A DNA stretch of 62,762 nt, counting the filler, from Basidiobolus ranarum (taxonomy: Eukaryota): assembly GCA_040143965.1 (NCBI GenBank). It is 24 parts of 24 records of this genome, joined end to end, with 100 filler letters (N's around TTAATTAATTAA, not from the genome) between each part and the next. Parts side by side here need not be neighbours in the genome. Positions count along the whole stretch, not along the records: positions 47,193 to 49,706 come from JASJQH010010128.1; positions 49,807 to 52,319 come from JASJQH010010129.1; positions 52,420 to 54,931 come from JASJQH010010130.1; positions 55,032 to 57,542 come from JASJQH010010131.1; positions 57,643 to 60,153 come from JASJQH010010132.1; 19 more parts are not named here. One strand, given 5' to 3'. The notes under the pieces are model-generated. The model ran no database searches, was not told the origin of the DNA, and saw nothing but the letters and a program-made list of their open reading frames with translations. A program made the position numbers and the translations under genes. This document shows, in pieces, positions 48,477-60,253 of the stretch; position 1 is the stretch's first letter, and each line of letters starts with the position of its first letter.

Positions 48477-49572
48477 TGTGGCTTATCCTGGGTTTTTGCA
48501 AGCAAATGGCAATTGGGCTAATATAGGCCTATTCATGAAACATCTCAAAAATGTACACAATTATTGACTTGGAAAAGAAAGGAAAGCAGCTAAAGAAGTA
48601 ATGAAGGAGCAGGAAGTTTGTAAGCCCAAAGGAAAAGCAAAGGAGCTAGTGAGTTTAGGCTCTACTGTCTCACTTACCAAATTCCTCACACCGTTACAAA
48701 GATCTGCATTACCAGAGTCAGCTATACTGGCAAAAAAGCTTAATTTCACCATGGAACGGGGTACACCAGTTGGGAAAGTGCTAAATTTGGAAGTTTATCC
48801 AAAACCTGGCATCTCTCAAGAAGTCAAAGCACCTGCAAATGAAGCTCATGGATCTTCACCCTCAACTGTTACTTTTCAAAGTGTTGAAATTAGCCCCAAA
48901 CTCAAAGGCAAGCAAAAAGCCACACAAACACCACAAAGCACTCTCAGTAGTGTCACACTACTGGACATAAAAAAAAAGTCAAAGTGCTTGAGGAGTATTT
49001 TCAAAAGTATGAGGGGAAAAATGTAGTGCAAGTATGGACAAAGTGGCTCCAGAAGAAGAACATTTAACTTGACATTCAGTCTGGTGTTGACTGTGCAGAT
49101 AGCTGGGAAGAACTTAATACAGAGTGGCACAATATTGCAGGGTATCTGCCAGATAGCTTGAAGAATGTTAATTCAGCAATGTTAATATAATGGTGGGCTT
49201 TGATGGAGATATTGATACAAACTTGTGTTGGGTACCAGCAAAACCTTTGGTATGCAGAACTCTATAAAAATATTCAGGAGAATATATCAAAGAGACTAGG
49301 AATTTTGAAGGTGACAAATTAGCATTCAAGTAGTAAATGAGTAAAATTTGAGCTTGTTTTTTGCACATGTGTGATCCATAGTTTACTGAGATTTTAGCCA
49401 ATCATGTGTAACTCTTTTGCAAGATCATGAAATTTCACTCCTGAAACTGAAAAAATGGAATAAAATCAAATCTAACTTGATGATTTTATCATGGTAAGTA
49501 AACATTCAATTCCAAATGCATTAGAATTGTAATGGTTTTCCTATGATAACAATCCTCAAATTTCTGCCAGGG
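48477..49572 (-). mobile_element. CMC left arm, reversed: ORF2 C-terminal part on the + strand (stop 49320-49322) and terminus ATTTCTGCCAGGG
   Basis: Lys/Ser/Pro-rich ORF 48601..49026, then after a 1-nt slip LEEYFQKY..WEELNTEWHNIAGYLPDS..KRLGILKVTN*. Homologous to 57643-58456. Confidence 0.7.
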
Positions 49573-50945
49573 CAGCCTGATCAATGCCAGTTATCAATAA
49601 ACATTCTTGCCAAAGTATCTTTCCTGTCCAGTCTTGCCTTGTCTTGTCTTGTGATCTACACCCAAGTACTCTCCTGCCTTCTAGCCTCCTGTTGTTGTTT
49701 CCAGTCNNNNNNNNNNNNNNNNNNNNNNNNNNNNNNNNNNNNNNNNNNNNTTAATTAATTAANNNNNNNNNNNNNNNNNNNNNNNNNNNNNNNNNNNNNN
49801 NNNNNNCCTTTCGGTCCTGCGAGTCACATTGTAGACCTTAGGCTCTATCCGTTGAAGTACTCCGCTCCCACTGATCTCGACTTGAGCCGCAGTCTCAGAA
49901 ATAAGGTAGGGCACTTGAGCTGTGAATTTGAGCTGACGCAATAGATGCTATATCATTATATCTGGATTCGGGTTGGGAATTACATATGTTGCGCAAGACC
50001 TCAGAATGTACTAGCTGGATACGTCATCCGAATTTTGCTGATTTCAATGATATCATAGGGTGGTTTTTTCGAGCTATGGGCTCCGTGGAGTGGAATCGAA
50101 GGTCATTCTATTGAACCCTCAAATCATCCTAGTAGTATTGGTTTCCCTAACACTCCAGAATTAAGAAGTGTTAGCAATTGAGACATCAGAGCTGCTCTAC
50201 TGGATTGAGCTGAATATTGGGGAATACGTATGGGTAATTTCCCAATTTGTAATTTACTAAGCTTGCCCGTTGAAATTAATTAACCAACTTGTGTAGTCAG
50301 GTCAAGTCACACTGATGCACCACGACTGGACAGTTGGTAATCTTTCCTCATCTTAGGGCTAGGTTTACACGTAATCGGTTTCACGAGATGGTCGGCAGAA
50401 GTTGGGTAGGGTTAGGATGGGCTATTGAGGAATGATTTAGGGTTAAGTACAGCTAGTGTGCTTAAATTGAGAATTAGCTAGAGCCAGCAATGGTTTGTGT
50501 TATAGAAATGTGGCTAGTTTACTTGCAATATACCCCCAAGAATAGTTAAGGTTGGCCTTTACTATGGCCACTAAATAAACAATCAAATGTTCAGTAAATT
50601 CCAATAAATCATTTAGCCAAACAATGATACTCGTGATATACTAGGTATGAGCACAAACCTTGGTTAGCCACAATGCTAAGATTTCATTTGATGTTCCGAC
50701 TTAGATTTGCCAATTATTCTTATGGGTGCTTAGGATGATCTGCTCTGCCAATGGTAAGAGTAAAAGTTGGAGGGTTTTCTATTTTGTAGCGACATTGGTT
50801 AATCTTACTGATATCTAGCCAATCCATATGTATATTACTCTCCCTTGATGCCATTACACACTTGATTGGTGAATACCTCGTGTGGTTAGAAGACTGGAAG
50901 AATGTAGCTCGTAGAGTATATAAAACGAGATATAAATCAGTGAAC

Positions 50946-52285
50946 ATGGAAAACTCTCCAATGTTTTTTAAGATTAAGATTGCCTCATGTATCCTGAGTT
51001 TATCACTAATCGTAAGTTTTCGTGCAGAGCCTCATTTTAATCTGCTAGACCACTTGTCTACAAAATCCCCATACAAGGTGCCCGGAGATTCTGAGCAAAC
51101 AACAGCTGTACCTCGTTCATGTAACCTCACTCAGTTGCACTTGGTAGAGTATCTGACCAAGCCTATTTATTAGTTGCTACCTCGCTTGATATTAAGATGT
51201 TTTCTTCTTTAAGATTTCGCGGCATGGTAAGATACAATGTGAGCTATATCCAGTCACAAGAAATGAAGCGATTGAGTATGTGTAGGAACAAGATACCCGA
51301 GTGCAAATGATGCTCGCCAATTTACTCAGTTAGGCAAGAAATTTTCGAATGCAAAATCATTCCGCGAAAAGTATTCCTGGTTGAGATATTGGGTATGTTA
51401 ATGGATTTCATCAATCTCATAACTGGCATAGTTACTCACCCTTTAGTCAGGAAAATCCCTTTCAAGAGAGTCGGGAATATCAATTAGCACCAGCTGGGGT
51501 TCTGGATTTATATAGTTTGTCTAAGAGGTGTTTGAATCGATATCCGAGCTTTTTTCATGACAGAAAGTATGATCCCACTCTTTACACTTTTTTGAGCTCA
51601 CAAAAAGACAGGTAAAACGGAGTAAAGTCACTCCATCACTTAGAGCGTGGCTTATATTGAAGTTAATTTACAGGTCCGGGGAGTCAGGCTCTGCTTTTGG
51701 GATTGGCTTGTTTGAGGGAACTGGACCGCTTGGTGAAACTCGCATACAACCAGTATATATATATACTCTTCCATTGGTAAGAATTTAGTTTCATCACCAA
51801 AATCTTTCGATGACTAACCATATATTTAGGGACTAGATCAAGAGCTGGCTATTAAATACGCATGCAAAAAATGGCTCAACAGATCGCATAATAACGCTAA
51901 TCTTGATGCTATTCGAAGTCACTTCGCCAATTCCTACATTGAGAGGACTGCCAAACGTATTTCCAGTGAATTCATGGTTAACGTCACTGTTTCTGATGTT
52001 ATGTACATCTATAAATTATGTGGCTTTGAAGTATCCATTCATCATCGGATCCTGACTTGGTGTGACGTGTTGAAGAAAGAAGAGATATTGGAGATGGAGT
52101 TGTTGGGGGATTTTGTAAGTTATTACAAATATTCATATGGTTTGGCAATGAATTCCAGAATGGCATGCGCACTAGTTACTACACTGGTGAACAATGTCGA
52201 AGATTTCGCTCGAGGAGTCTCCTCTACCAGAGCCTACTTTAAGTTTGGTCATGCCGAAACGATCCTATTTCTCACTACGCTACTG
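50946..52285 (+). CDS. MINPP1: Histidine acid phosphatase, multiple inositol polyphosphate phosphatase (MINPP1)/phytase type, 3' truncated; exons 50946-51143, 51214-51226, 51286-51392, 51451-51611, 51674-51776, 51830-52285
   Basis: Signal-peptide-like N-terminus and HLSTKSPY. The catalytic RHGTRYP assembles across exons 2-3. LCGFE, YYKYSYG and FGHAET (HAE proton-donor motif of the MINPP class) are present. All introns are GT-AG and keep the frame. The start may be 50961. Confidence 0.88.
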
Positions 52286-52419
52286 GTATAAGAGTTCTAC
52301 TATAATATTGTATCTATTANNNNNNNNNNNNNNNNNNNNNNNNNNNNNNNNNNNNNNNNNNNNTTAATTAATTAANNNNNNNNNNNNNNNNNNNNNNNNN
52401 NNNNNNNNNNNNNNNNNNN

Positions 52420-52830
52420 AGGCTATTCAGGACTGTAACTAAGATATCTTGCTCAGTGGTAGGTACTCCAATGCATTCCATTTCATCCACTAAAATAGTG
52501 ACTCTATTAATTAATGATTTAATGTCTTCTACTGGCTTCATCTTTAAGTTAAAGAATTGTCTTCTTAGAAATATCTTGTTGGCAGCAGAACATGTTTGGT
52601 AGGTGTCTTCCAAGGCTTTCCATACATTCTTGGCAGTTTTTGCTCTTGAACATTCAATTAGCAATTTGTCTTCAACATTAAGACAAGTTGTGTTAAAAGC
52701 ACTTTGTTCTTTTTTACCTGGAGTAAAATTTTTGCTTCAAATAGTTTTGCATTGTTTTCATCTTCTACAACAGTGTCCCAAAGTCCTTTTTCATGCAGCA
52801 GCATTTTCATTTAAATTGTCTAATCTTGAT
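52420..52830 (-). mobile_element. Copia gag fragment (LTR-B family)
   Basis: AKNVWKALEDTYQTCSAANKIFLRRQFFNLKMKP. Confidence 0.85.
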
Positions 52831-55800
52831 AATAAGCTCCATACAATACTCTCCCTTCAAGATATACATGCTTATGCTGTATCATTTTCAACATACACAG
52901 CATCTTCATTATATCAATGAAATGTTTCATAATTTTAGATATTGAAATATACTATACAAAAATTTGGGATATAACAATATTTAAAGGAATTTGAGTTTTG
53001 ATAAGCATTAGCAAAAATCTTCAAATGAAACATGCCATGAGGGTGTCTTATAGCATCATGTCACAAACTTAGATCTCAAGAAGCATAGCACCAAGAGTAG
53101 TGAAATCGCCTTGATAATATCAAAGACTGTTATTTGGGCTCTGCTCAATCTATGTAACAAATATCAAGTTAGAGCATGGAGTGAATGCAGAGATAGTGTC
53201 AATCAGAAAATGTATGCATAAAAAATTACGATTTTGATCGCTTGTTGAACTTTTTCCAGCTTTATTTCGGCGAACCGAGCTTTGTATGGGGCCGGAGCCT
53301 AGGATAAGTTTGTTCTTCCTGAGTGTTACCACTTGCTCAAATTGATGAGCGGTAGAAATTAATCTTTACACAGGACTAAATAGCTAGGAAGAGTATTTTT
53401 AATGATTATAGTCTGTAATCAATTTTTATACGTATTTTGCTGTACTGTGAACGAGGTTTTATATCGTATAAGGTTTTAGATCTTAAATGAATAAAATAGA
53501 ATCCATTGTTACTTTAATAAATAACAGTTTTGGGGGTGATTTCTTTTCCAAATCAGTCACGCTCTCGCCTACACTATTGAATAATAAATTTATTTCAATG
53601 CACAGAACGTGTATTGTGGTGGAGTAGTATTGGCCCCCTCTTTGATTATAAATCCAAATATCCATAGATGTAAGTAGATTCTTGGTATATCCCAAGGTAA
53701 AAGGATGAAGTTTGCATTCGTTGTGGTCATCCTTGAGATCAAAGCACCAATAAAGCCTGGGCATCAGTAGCTGTTGCGTACGCGTAAGCGAGGTTCCATC
53801 TCTGTACGAGTATGACTGATTTTAATATCTTCGCTGCTCGAACAGACAAAGTCCCGGATGCAAATTCTCCTTTAATATGAGAGAAAATCGGGTCTAATCC
53901 TGTACGCCAGCACCTAGATAAAATCATCATTAGTCAGTGATTAAAGGAGAGTGAACTGATTAGCTGTATTCTCATGGGATAGACACCTTTTCCACTGATA
54001 AAACGAATTCAATTCTGAATTAGGCTTAGATCAGCAATTAGATTCCGGGTTGCTAAAGAAGGTTAGGGGAGAACCGACTACGTATTAGTGCTAGGACTAG
54101 TATTCATTGGGTCTCATATTATTAAGCTTATCTTACTATTCATTATTGATCATGGAATTTCTTGGCAAACAGAAGCCGATTACCATTGCTTGATGTCGAT
54201 TCTGAATCGCAAGAAATGATTGGAGGATTCAACATGTTTCCTGATCTGCATACTCAGGACCCAAAGATGGTGGAGGTCATGGAGTATATATAATATAACA
54301 GGTAGGCCAGTGTTACAACTGTTGGATCGCGCCTAATAGTTTAATGTAACCTGGTGCACGAATCAGGTGAATATGATATTATTCGTGAAGGATGGTTATC
54401 TCCTAGCACTACAATAGGTTGGAAGCGGTGATTTGTAAAGCTTGGGGGGACTGACCTGTAGATACCAGGTTCACTTACTCCAATTCCCCAAGAAAAGCAA
54501 GCACTCGTGTCCCACGTTCCGATCGTCTTGAATAAATCAGACACAGTATAAACTCTTAAGTTTAATAGGATTAACCATTTCATCACGTTGGTATCTCAGT
54601 TATCCAATGAATACCTAACCTTCAAACGTACTTGGAAATGCTTCTCCGCACAGAACTATCATCTCTATTCGAGCTTCGTTTTATTTCAAAACAGTTTCTC
54701 CGCGCAGAAGCATACTCTCTAATGGAGCCTCTCAACTGGTCGGGCTAAGCTGAGCAAGTCTCCGTATGAACTTGGGTTCAGAGTTTGCGTCCATCAGAGC
54801 GCTTCGTTATCGTTAAGAACAGTGAAATATACCTTAAATAGAAATAGAGCCCTTGAGCCATATATATTCCTTGTTGCTCATTAGACACAAACTTTATTTA
54901 TCATTAACGTTCCTAATTCGCGCGAGGGCCANNNNNNNNNNNNNNNNNNNNNNNNNNNNNNNNNNNNNNNNNNNNTTAATTAATTAANNNNNNNNNNNNN
55001 NNNNNNNNNNNNNNNNNNNNNNNNNNNNNNNGTGAGCTTATTTCAGCTTCTCTTACTTCCAATCCATTTTCAACTTTAGTATCATTCTCCCTCAATGCTG
55101 GTTGTGGTGCTCTTGGTAACTCTGATACGCGTAGATTTATCAATCAAATGCCGCAGAATTTGGTCTCTGGGTGCGTAGTGCAGGAAAGATTCTTGTTTAG
55201 TTGGAAGATGTGTGACTTGTTATGTTCAGGGAAATTTATAATGAAAATATTTGATGATAATGCTATATAAATCATCAATGCTTCTCTGTACATCCGAGAA
55301 TCATACTACTTGAAGGGTATATATAAATAGTTTTGATTGTAGTCCAATATCTGAATATGAATTTGTTATAGCCCATTTGCTCGACTTGCTCTTTCTTCCT
55401 CACGAGCATCAGCCCTTACTTCCTATAAATGGGCCCTTAGTTCTTTCAACCAAAGGAGTATTGTTAGCAGCAACATAGTTGATTCCAATTAAAGCTGAAA
55501 TTTCATGCATCTTGAATGTGAGATTAGAGCCCTGGTAATGAGAGAAAGGTCTGTACATAAGCAGCCGGGCTCTTGACTTTGCAAGTAAATTCCATTTTCA
55601 CGGACTAAGCTGTTTTGATGATAGAGATATATTCACAATCACTCAGCAACTTTGATTAATAAATATTTTGATAATCAAATTATTATAAAAGCAACTATGA
55701 TCCCAATTTAGGACAAAAGAAAAGAAATTGTACTCTTAGGAGCATAGTACTTTGGGAGTAAGGTTCTGAGACTAAATATTAGAGTATGGATGATGTCTAT

Positions 55801-56748
55801 TAATAAGCACTAACCCTAAGCCATCTTTTTATTCATATGTTACCTCGTTAGTATTCACATGGATAATTATGTTTCTAAAAAGTAGCGTCTTAAGATTCAT
55901 TCTTTGTTAGTCAGCTGTTTTGTATTTTCATCAATTTTTGGTAACAAGATTTGCTTACTAAGAAATGAGATTTCACTGATTTGAGTACAATGATTTGATG
56001 CTCGTTGCTAGCTGTTGTGATTGGTAAAAGTAAACTGCTTTATATCTAATATAATCCAAACTAATGGTATCATGACGGTTTTCTGACTGGATATTTCAGG
56101 ATCTGATCCTGACTACGCAAAAATATTTTTGCCAAGATAATCCATACCTGCTACCCAGCTGTACCTAAACCCAGCTGCATCAAATGCGAAACAGAGTTTG
56201 TTTACAGATTGGAACCCAATAACGGCCTAATGTGACAAGGAATTGGAAATTTGGAAGCTACTTTTAGCTTAGATTTGTATGGATTCGGGTTCCTTATGGG
56301 TGCCACTGATGGATTCTCGGAATTCCAAGATAACTTACTTATTTATGCGGGATATGTTCCGATCAGTCTTGCACAGACAAAGTAGTCGAGCCAAATCTAT
56401 AAGTAATCTCGTGACGGAATTGCCCCAGATGGTCCAGATTCCTCAAAATCAATCGTCATTGGTGCGTTTACCTAGTTAAGTTATAATTAGTGGCATATTA
56501 GGAAAACGTGTTCACAAGAACCATCAAGGCAGCAGTCTTATCCCACATCCATAGACTAATGGTCATATAGCAAGCATATCCCACAAGCATACTAATCATG
56601 AGCAAACGAGTAGTTAATGGATGAAATATATTTTACTTGGCCAAATACAAGTTGGTTATTAATGGTAATAGGTATCACTAAGTGTTCTGATATCATATAA
56701 TAAGTTAAATCTAAATAATATTAATTCAATAAATCTATGGTGCGAGAT

Positions 56749-57542
56749 CTAGTTCTTTCTCTTGGCACCGTTCAACTCTTCTCCTTCTCTGTTTCTGTTT
56801 CTGGAGGTCAATTCTTCGATACTCTTACCCTTTGTTTCTTTTACAAACAACAGGGTTGCGAAGAATCCAACGGCGCAACAACCTGCGAAAATCAAGAAGA
56901 TGTATCCGTGGATGGCATCAGAAACAGCAGGGAAAATGAGACCGATGACGAAATTGGAGAGCCAGTTAATGGCAAGGGCTGTACTGGTGGTACCGGAAAC
57001 AGCATTGGTAGGCATCAACTCAGTCATGATAAGGAAAGGAACTGGGCCAAGACCAACGGCAAAGAAAGCAACGAAAATGAAAACTGTAATAAAAAGGTTA
57101 GCAAGAGTCTCTTGACTGATACCGAATAGAACCACTTACTGGAAGCGACGGTTAAATCGTGGTTGTTGATTTGTAGACCGACACACATGAGAATATTGAA
57201 AACGGCGGAACCACCACTGGAGAGAAGAAGCAAGAACTTTCTACCAGAACGATCAACGAGAATGACGGAAACGATGGTCATGAAAACGTTGAGTCCCATG
57301 AGTCCTACGGTGACGTACTTGGCTTGTTCATGGTAGATTTCACCGAAAATGGAGGTACAGTAGTACATAATACCGTTAATACCTGACCATTGCTGAAGAG
57401 CACCAAGACCGATGCAAATGATGAAGGGAATGGTGCAATGTTTGTCCCTGATAATTTCCATGACACTGAGGTTCTTAGGAAGGTTCTTGGCGGCCTCACG
57501 AGCTTGAATAATTTCCTCAAATTCGATTTCAATATCGCAATT
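56749..57542 (-). CDS. MFS sugar porter (GLUT-like), C-terminal half; exons >57542-57140 and 57083-56749
   Basis: QQWSGINGIMYY, VDRSGRK.LLL, FAVGLGPVPF...EL.P, NWLSNFVIG..FP, ETKGKSIEE. A GTAAGT..GCTAAC..CAG intron (57139-57084) joins the two ORFs. Confidence 0.92.
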
Positions 57543-57642
57543 NNNNNNNNNNNNNNNNNNNNNNNNNNNNNNNNNNNNNNNNNNNNTTAATTAATTAANN
57601 NNNNNNNNNNNNNNNNNNNNNNNNNNNNNNNNNNNNNNNNNN

Positions 57643-58456
57643 TACATTAGGTGGAAGAGTGCTAAATTTGGAAGTTTATCCAACACCTGGAACCTCTGAA
57701 TAAGCCAAAACACCAGCATATTAGACTCATGGCTCTCCAACCTGAACCGGTATTTTTCAAAGTGTTAAAATTAGTGCCAAACTTACAGGTAAGCAAAAAG
57801 GCACACAAATACCGCAAAGCACCCTCAGTAGTGTCACACTACAAAGATGTACAAAAATAATCAAAGTGCTTGAGGAGTATTTTCAAAAGTATGGGGGGAA
57901 AAATGGAGTGCAAGCATGCAGAAAGTGTCTTCAGAAGATGAACATTCAACTTGATATTCAGTCTGGTTTTGACCATGCAGATATCTGGGAAGAACTTAAT
58001 ACACAGTGACACAATATTGCAGGGTATCTGCCAGATAGCTGGAAGAATGATGATTCAGCAACATTAATACAATGGTGGGCTTTGATGGAGATATTGATAC
58101 AAACAAGTTTTGGGTATGAGCTAAACCTTTGGTATGAAGTACTCTATAGAAATATGCAGGAGAATATATCAAAGAGACTAGGGATTTTGAAGGTGACAAA
58201 TTAGCATTCAAGTCGTAAATGTGTAAAATTTGAGTTACATTTTTTGCACATATGTTAATCCTTAGTTTGCAGAGATTGAAGCCAATCATGTGCAACTATT
58301 TTGTGAGATCTTGAAATTTCACTCCTGAAACTTAAAAAATTGATTAAAATCAAATCTATCTTGACAATTCTGTGATGGTAAGTAAATGGTCAATCTCAAA
58401 TGGATTAAAATTGTGATGGTTTTCCTACAATAACAATTTGCAAATTTCTCTTAGGG
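57643..58456 (-). mobile_element. CMC left arm, reversed: best-preserved ORF2 C-terminus on the + strand (stop 58202-58204), terminus ..TTAGGG
   Basis: GKQKGTQIPQSTLSSVTLQ..KVLEEYFQKY..DIWEELNTQ*HNIAGYLPDSWKN..WWALMEILIQT..LWYE.LY..KRLGILKVTN* in a single frame. Confidence 0.72.
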
Positions 58457-59666
58457 TGTTCTGCCCTGCAATTCCCATGTTGTAATAGTTCCATCCAAAA
58501 TTTCTACAGAGGGTTGTTCAATAGCTGACAAAGCAGCCATTTTGGAGGTTGATGGCCATGATAGGATTTCTGATGAACTTTGTTCACCTACTGATTTATT
58601 ATTTACTTGGGGGATTACAATTTCTTCACTTGCACTTTTACTTGAAAGGAACATATTTGGTAAATTGTTTAATGCTTCAACATTACTTGAGTTTTTTTCT
58701 GGCATGTTAATACCTTCCAAAGTGAATAGTGGATCACTACACTGCTTATCAATAAAGTCCTCTATTTTTGCTAGTTTGTTTCCTTTTGTGCCAGCAAGAT
58801 TTTGCTTGGAAGCCCCTTTCAATTTTGATTTTGAAGATTTTTGAATTGCATTGAAATTTTCAGATGGTAAACTAGTTGTAATGAAATTGCTTAGAAACAG
58901 CTTATAATAAACCAAAATTTCCATCTGCTACCAGAAATATCTTATAAATCTGCTGATGACTCATGAGTGGCACCATCTCAGAATGAGCTAATGATATTGA
59001 TGGGCTATACCTAAAATACCACTGTTATATAGGAGGTGTTATTTTTTCTACAATATCCTTCTCATGCCACAACACATATATTTAAAGAAGCCCTGCTATT
59101 ATTGTCATAAATTGTGTGCTATGAAAGCCGGAGGTTTGTAGAAAAAAGAATCATAAACACAGTCTCTGTACAAAGCCACCAGCTGCACAAAGCCTTACAC
59201 AAAAATTATTTGAGCACAATAACAGCAACAAAACTCAATCCATGAACACAGAGTAATTACTTTTATATTTTAGACTAATTTGTTTGTGTGATAATCTAAA
59301 GGTATTTCTAGGAACGCTGCAAGACAGACTTCTTGGTGAGGTAGATCAAAATATGCAGTACTATTGTTTGAGCCATGGTTAAATCTATTCAAGCAATAAC
59401 ACATCTACTTGTGGTAGGACATTTGTTGACTGCAAGTCTGGTAAATTTTGGCCAAATTCTTTATGGAATTTGCCAAAATCCAAGAGCTTATTCTCAATGT
59501 GAATGGTAACAAGAGTCAGCTAATTGCCAAGTGTCAGTGCTATTCAAAATTTCACATGTTAGCAATTTTACCATCGTTAGTTTGCTTGTAAAGCATATTG
59601 ATGTTGTTGAGTTACATCTGATCCTTCATGTATGTGCATATGCAGAGACTAAACACAACCAGATTC
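58457..59666 (+). mobile_element. CMC internal region: putative ORF2 N-terminus (minus, 58924-58457), intergenic region, transposase start (59064) fused by deletion to the transposase 3' part
   Basis: MPQHIYLKKPCYYCH matches the 23074 ORF. 59150-59195 matches the reverse of 2485-2529. From about 59210 the sequence matches 47680-48135. Confidence 0.7.
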
Positions 59667-60153
59667 TGTCACAATAAGGAAGTGGACAAGGACTGGAAAC
59701 AACTACAAGAGGTTAGAAGGCAGGAGAGTACTTGGGTGTAGACCACAAGACAAGACTGGACAAGGAAGATTCTTTGCTAAGAATCTTTATTGACAACTGG
59801 TGTTGATCAGACTGAGGTCTGATCTAGGAATACATGGTGCTTATATAGATATTGCAAGATGAAACATAATATACTGAATAGGGAATATACTGTGGCAAGT
59901 TTGCAAGTTGGGATGTTGGGGAATACAAGGACCAATACAAAGAGGGATGATGTAGGGATAATGTAAGGATGATCAGGTGAACTTCTATGGAAGTTCTTGG
60001 CAGAAATACACCATGCGTGAGATGACATGATTGGTTAGGATTTATGAAATGTTCCAAAGAACATGGCTTCCATATAAGGTAATCTGGATGAATTGACACC
60101 AGATTGCCAAGAAGGGATGGCACAGCAGATACGATATCATATTCTAATAATAG
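59667..60153. mobile_element. LTR-like repeat type E inserted in CMC transposase (cut by contig edge)
   Basis: TGTCACAATAAGGAAGTGGACAAGG.., colinear with 31898-32380. Confidence 0.72.
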
Positions 60154-60253
60154 NNNNNNNNNNNNNNNNNNNNNNNNNNNNNNNNNNNNNNNNNNNNTTA
60201 ATTAATTAANNNNNNNNNNNNNNNNNNNNNNNNNNNNNNNNNNNNNNNNNNNN

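Noticed and set aside
49807..49944. Short open frames on both strands at the contig start
   Set aside because: About 45 codons with no recognisable motif; strand and product cannot be assigned.
50350..50450. Scattered TTAGGG-like words suggesting telomeric or G-quadruplex sequence
   Set aside because: They are not tandem and are too few to distinguish from chance.
2530..60253. Regularly spaced TTAATTAATTAA palindrome every ~2.6 kb, resembling an array or repeat system
   Set aside because: It is always embedded in N44 on each side and separates size-sorted contigs. It is an artificial six-frame-stop linker. ORFs ending in X..LIN or X..N are artefacts of it.
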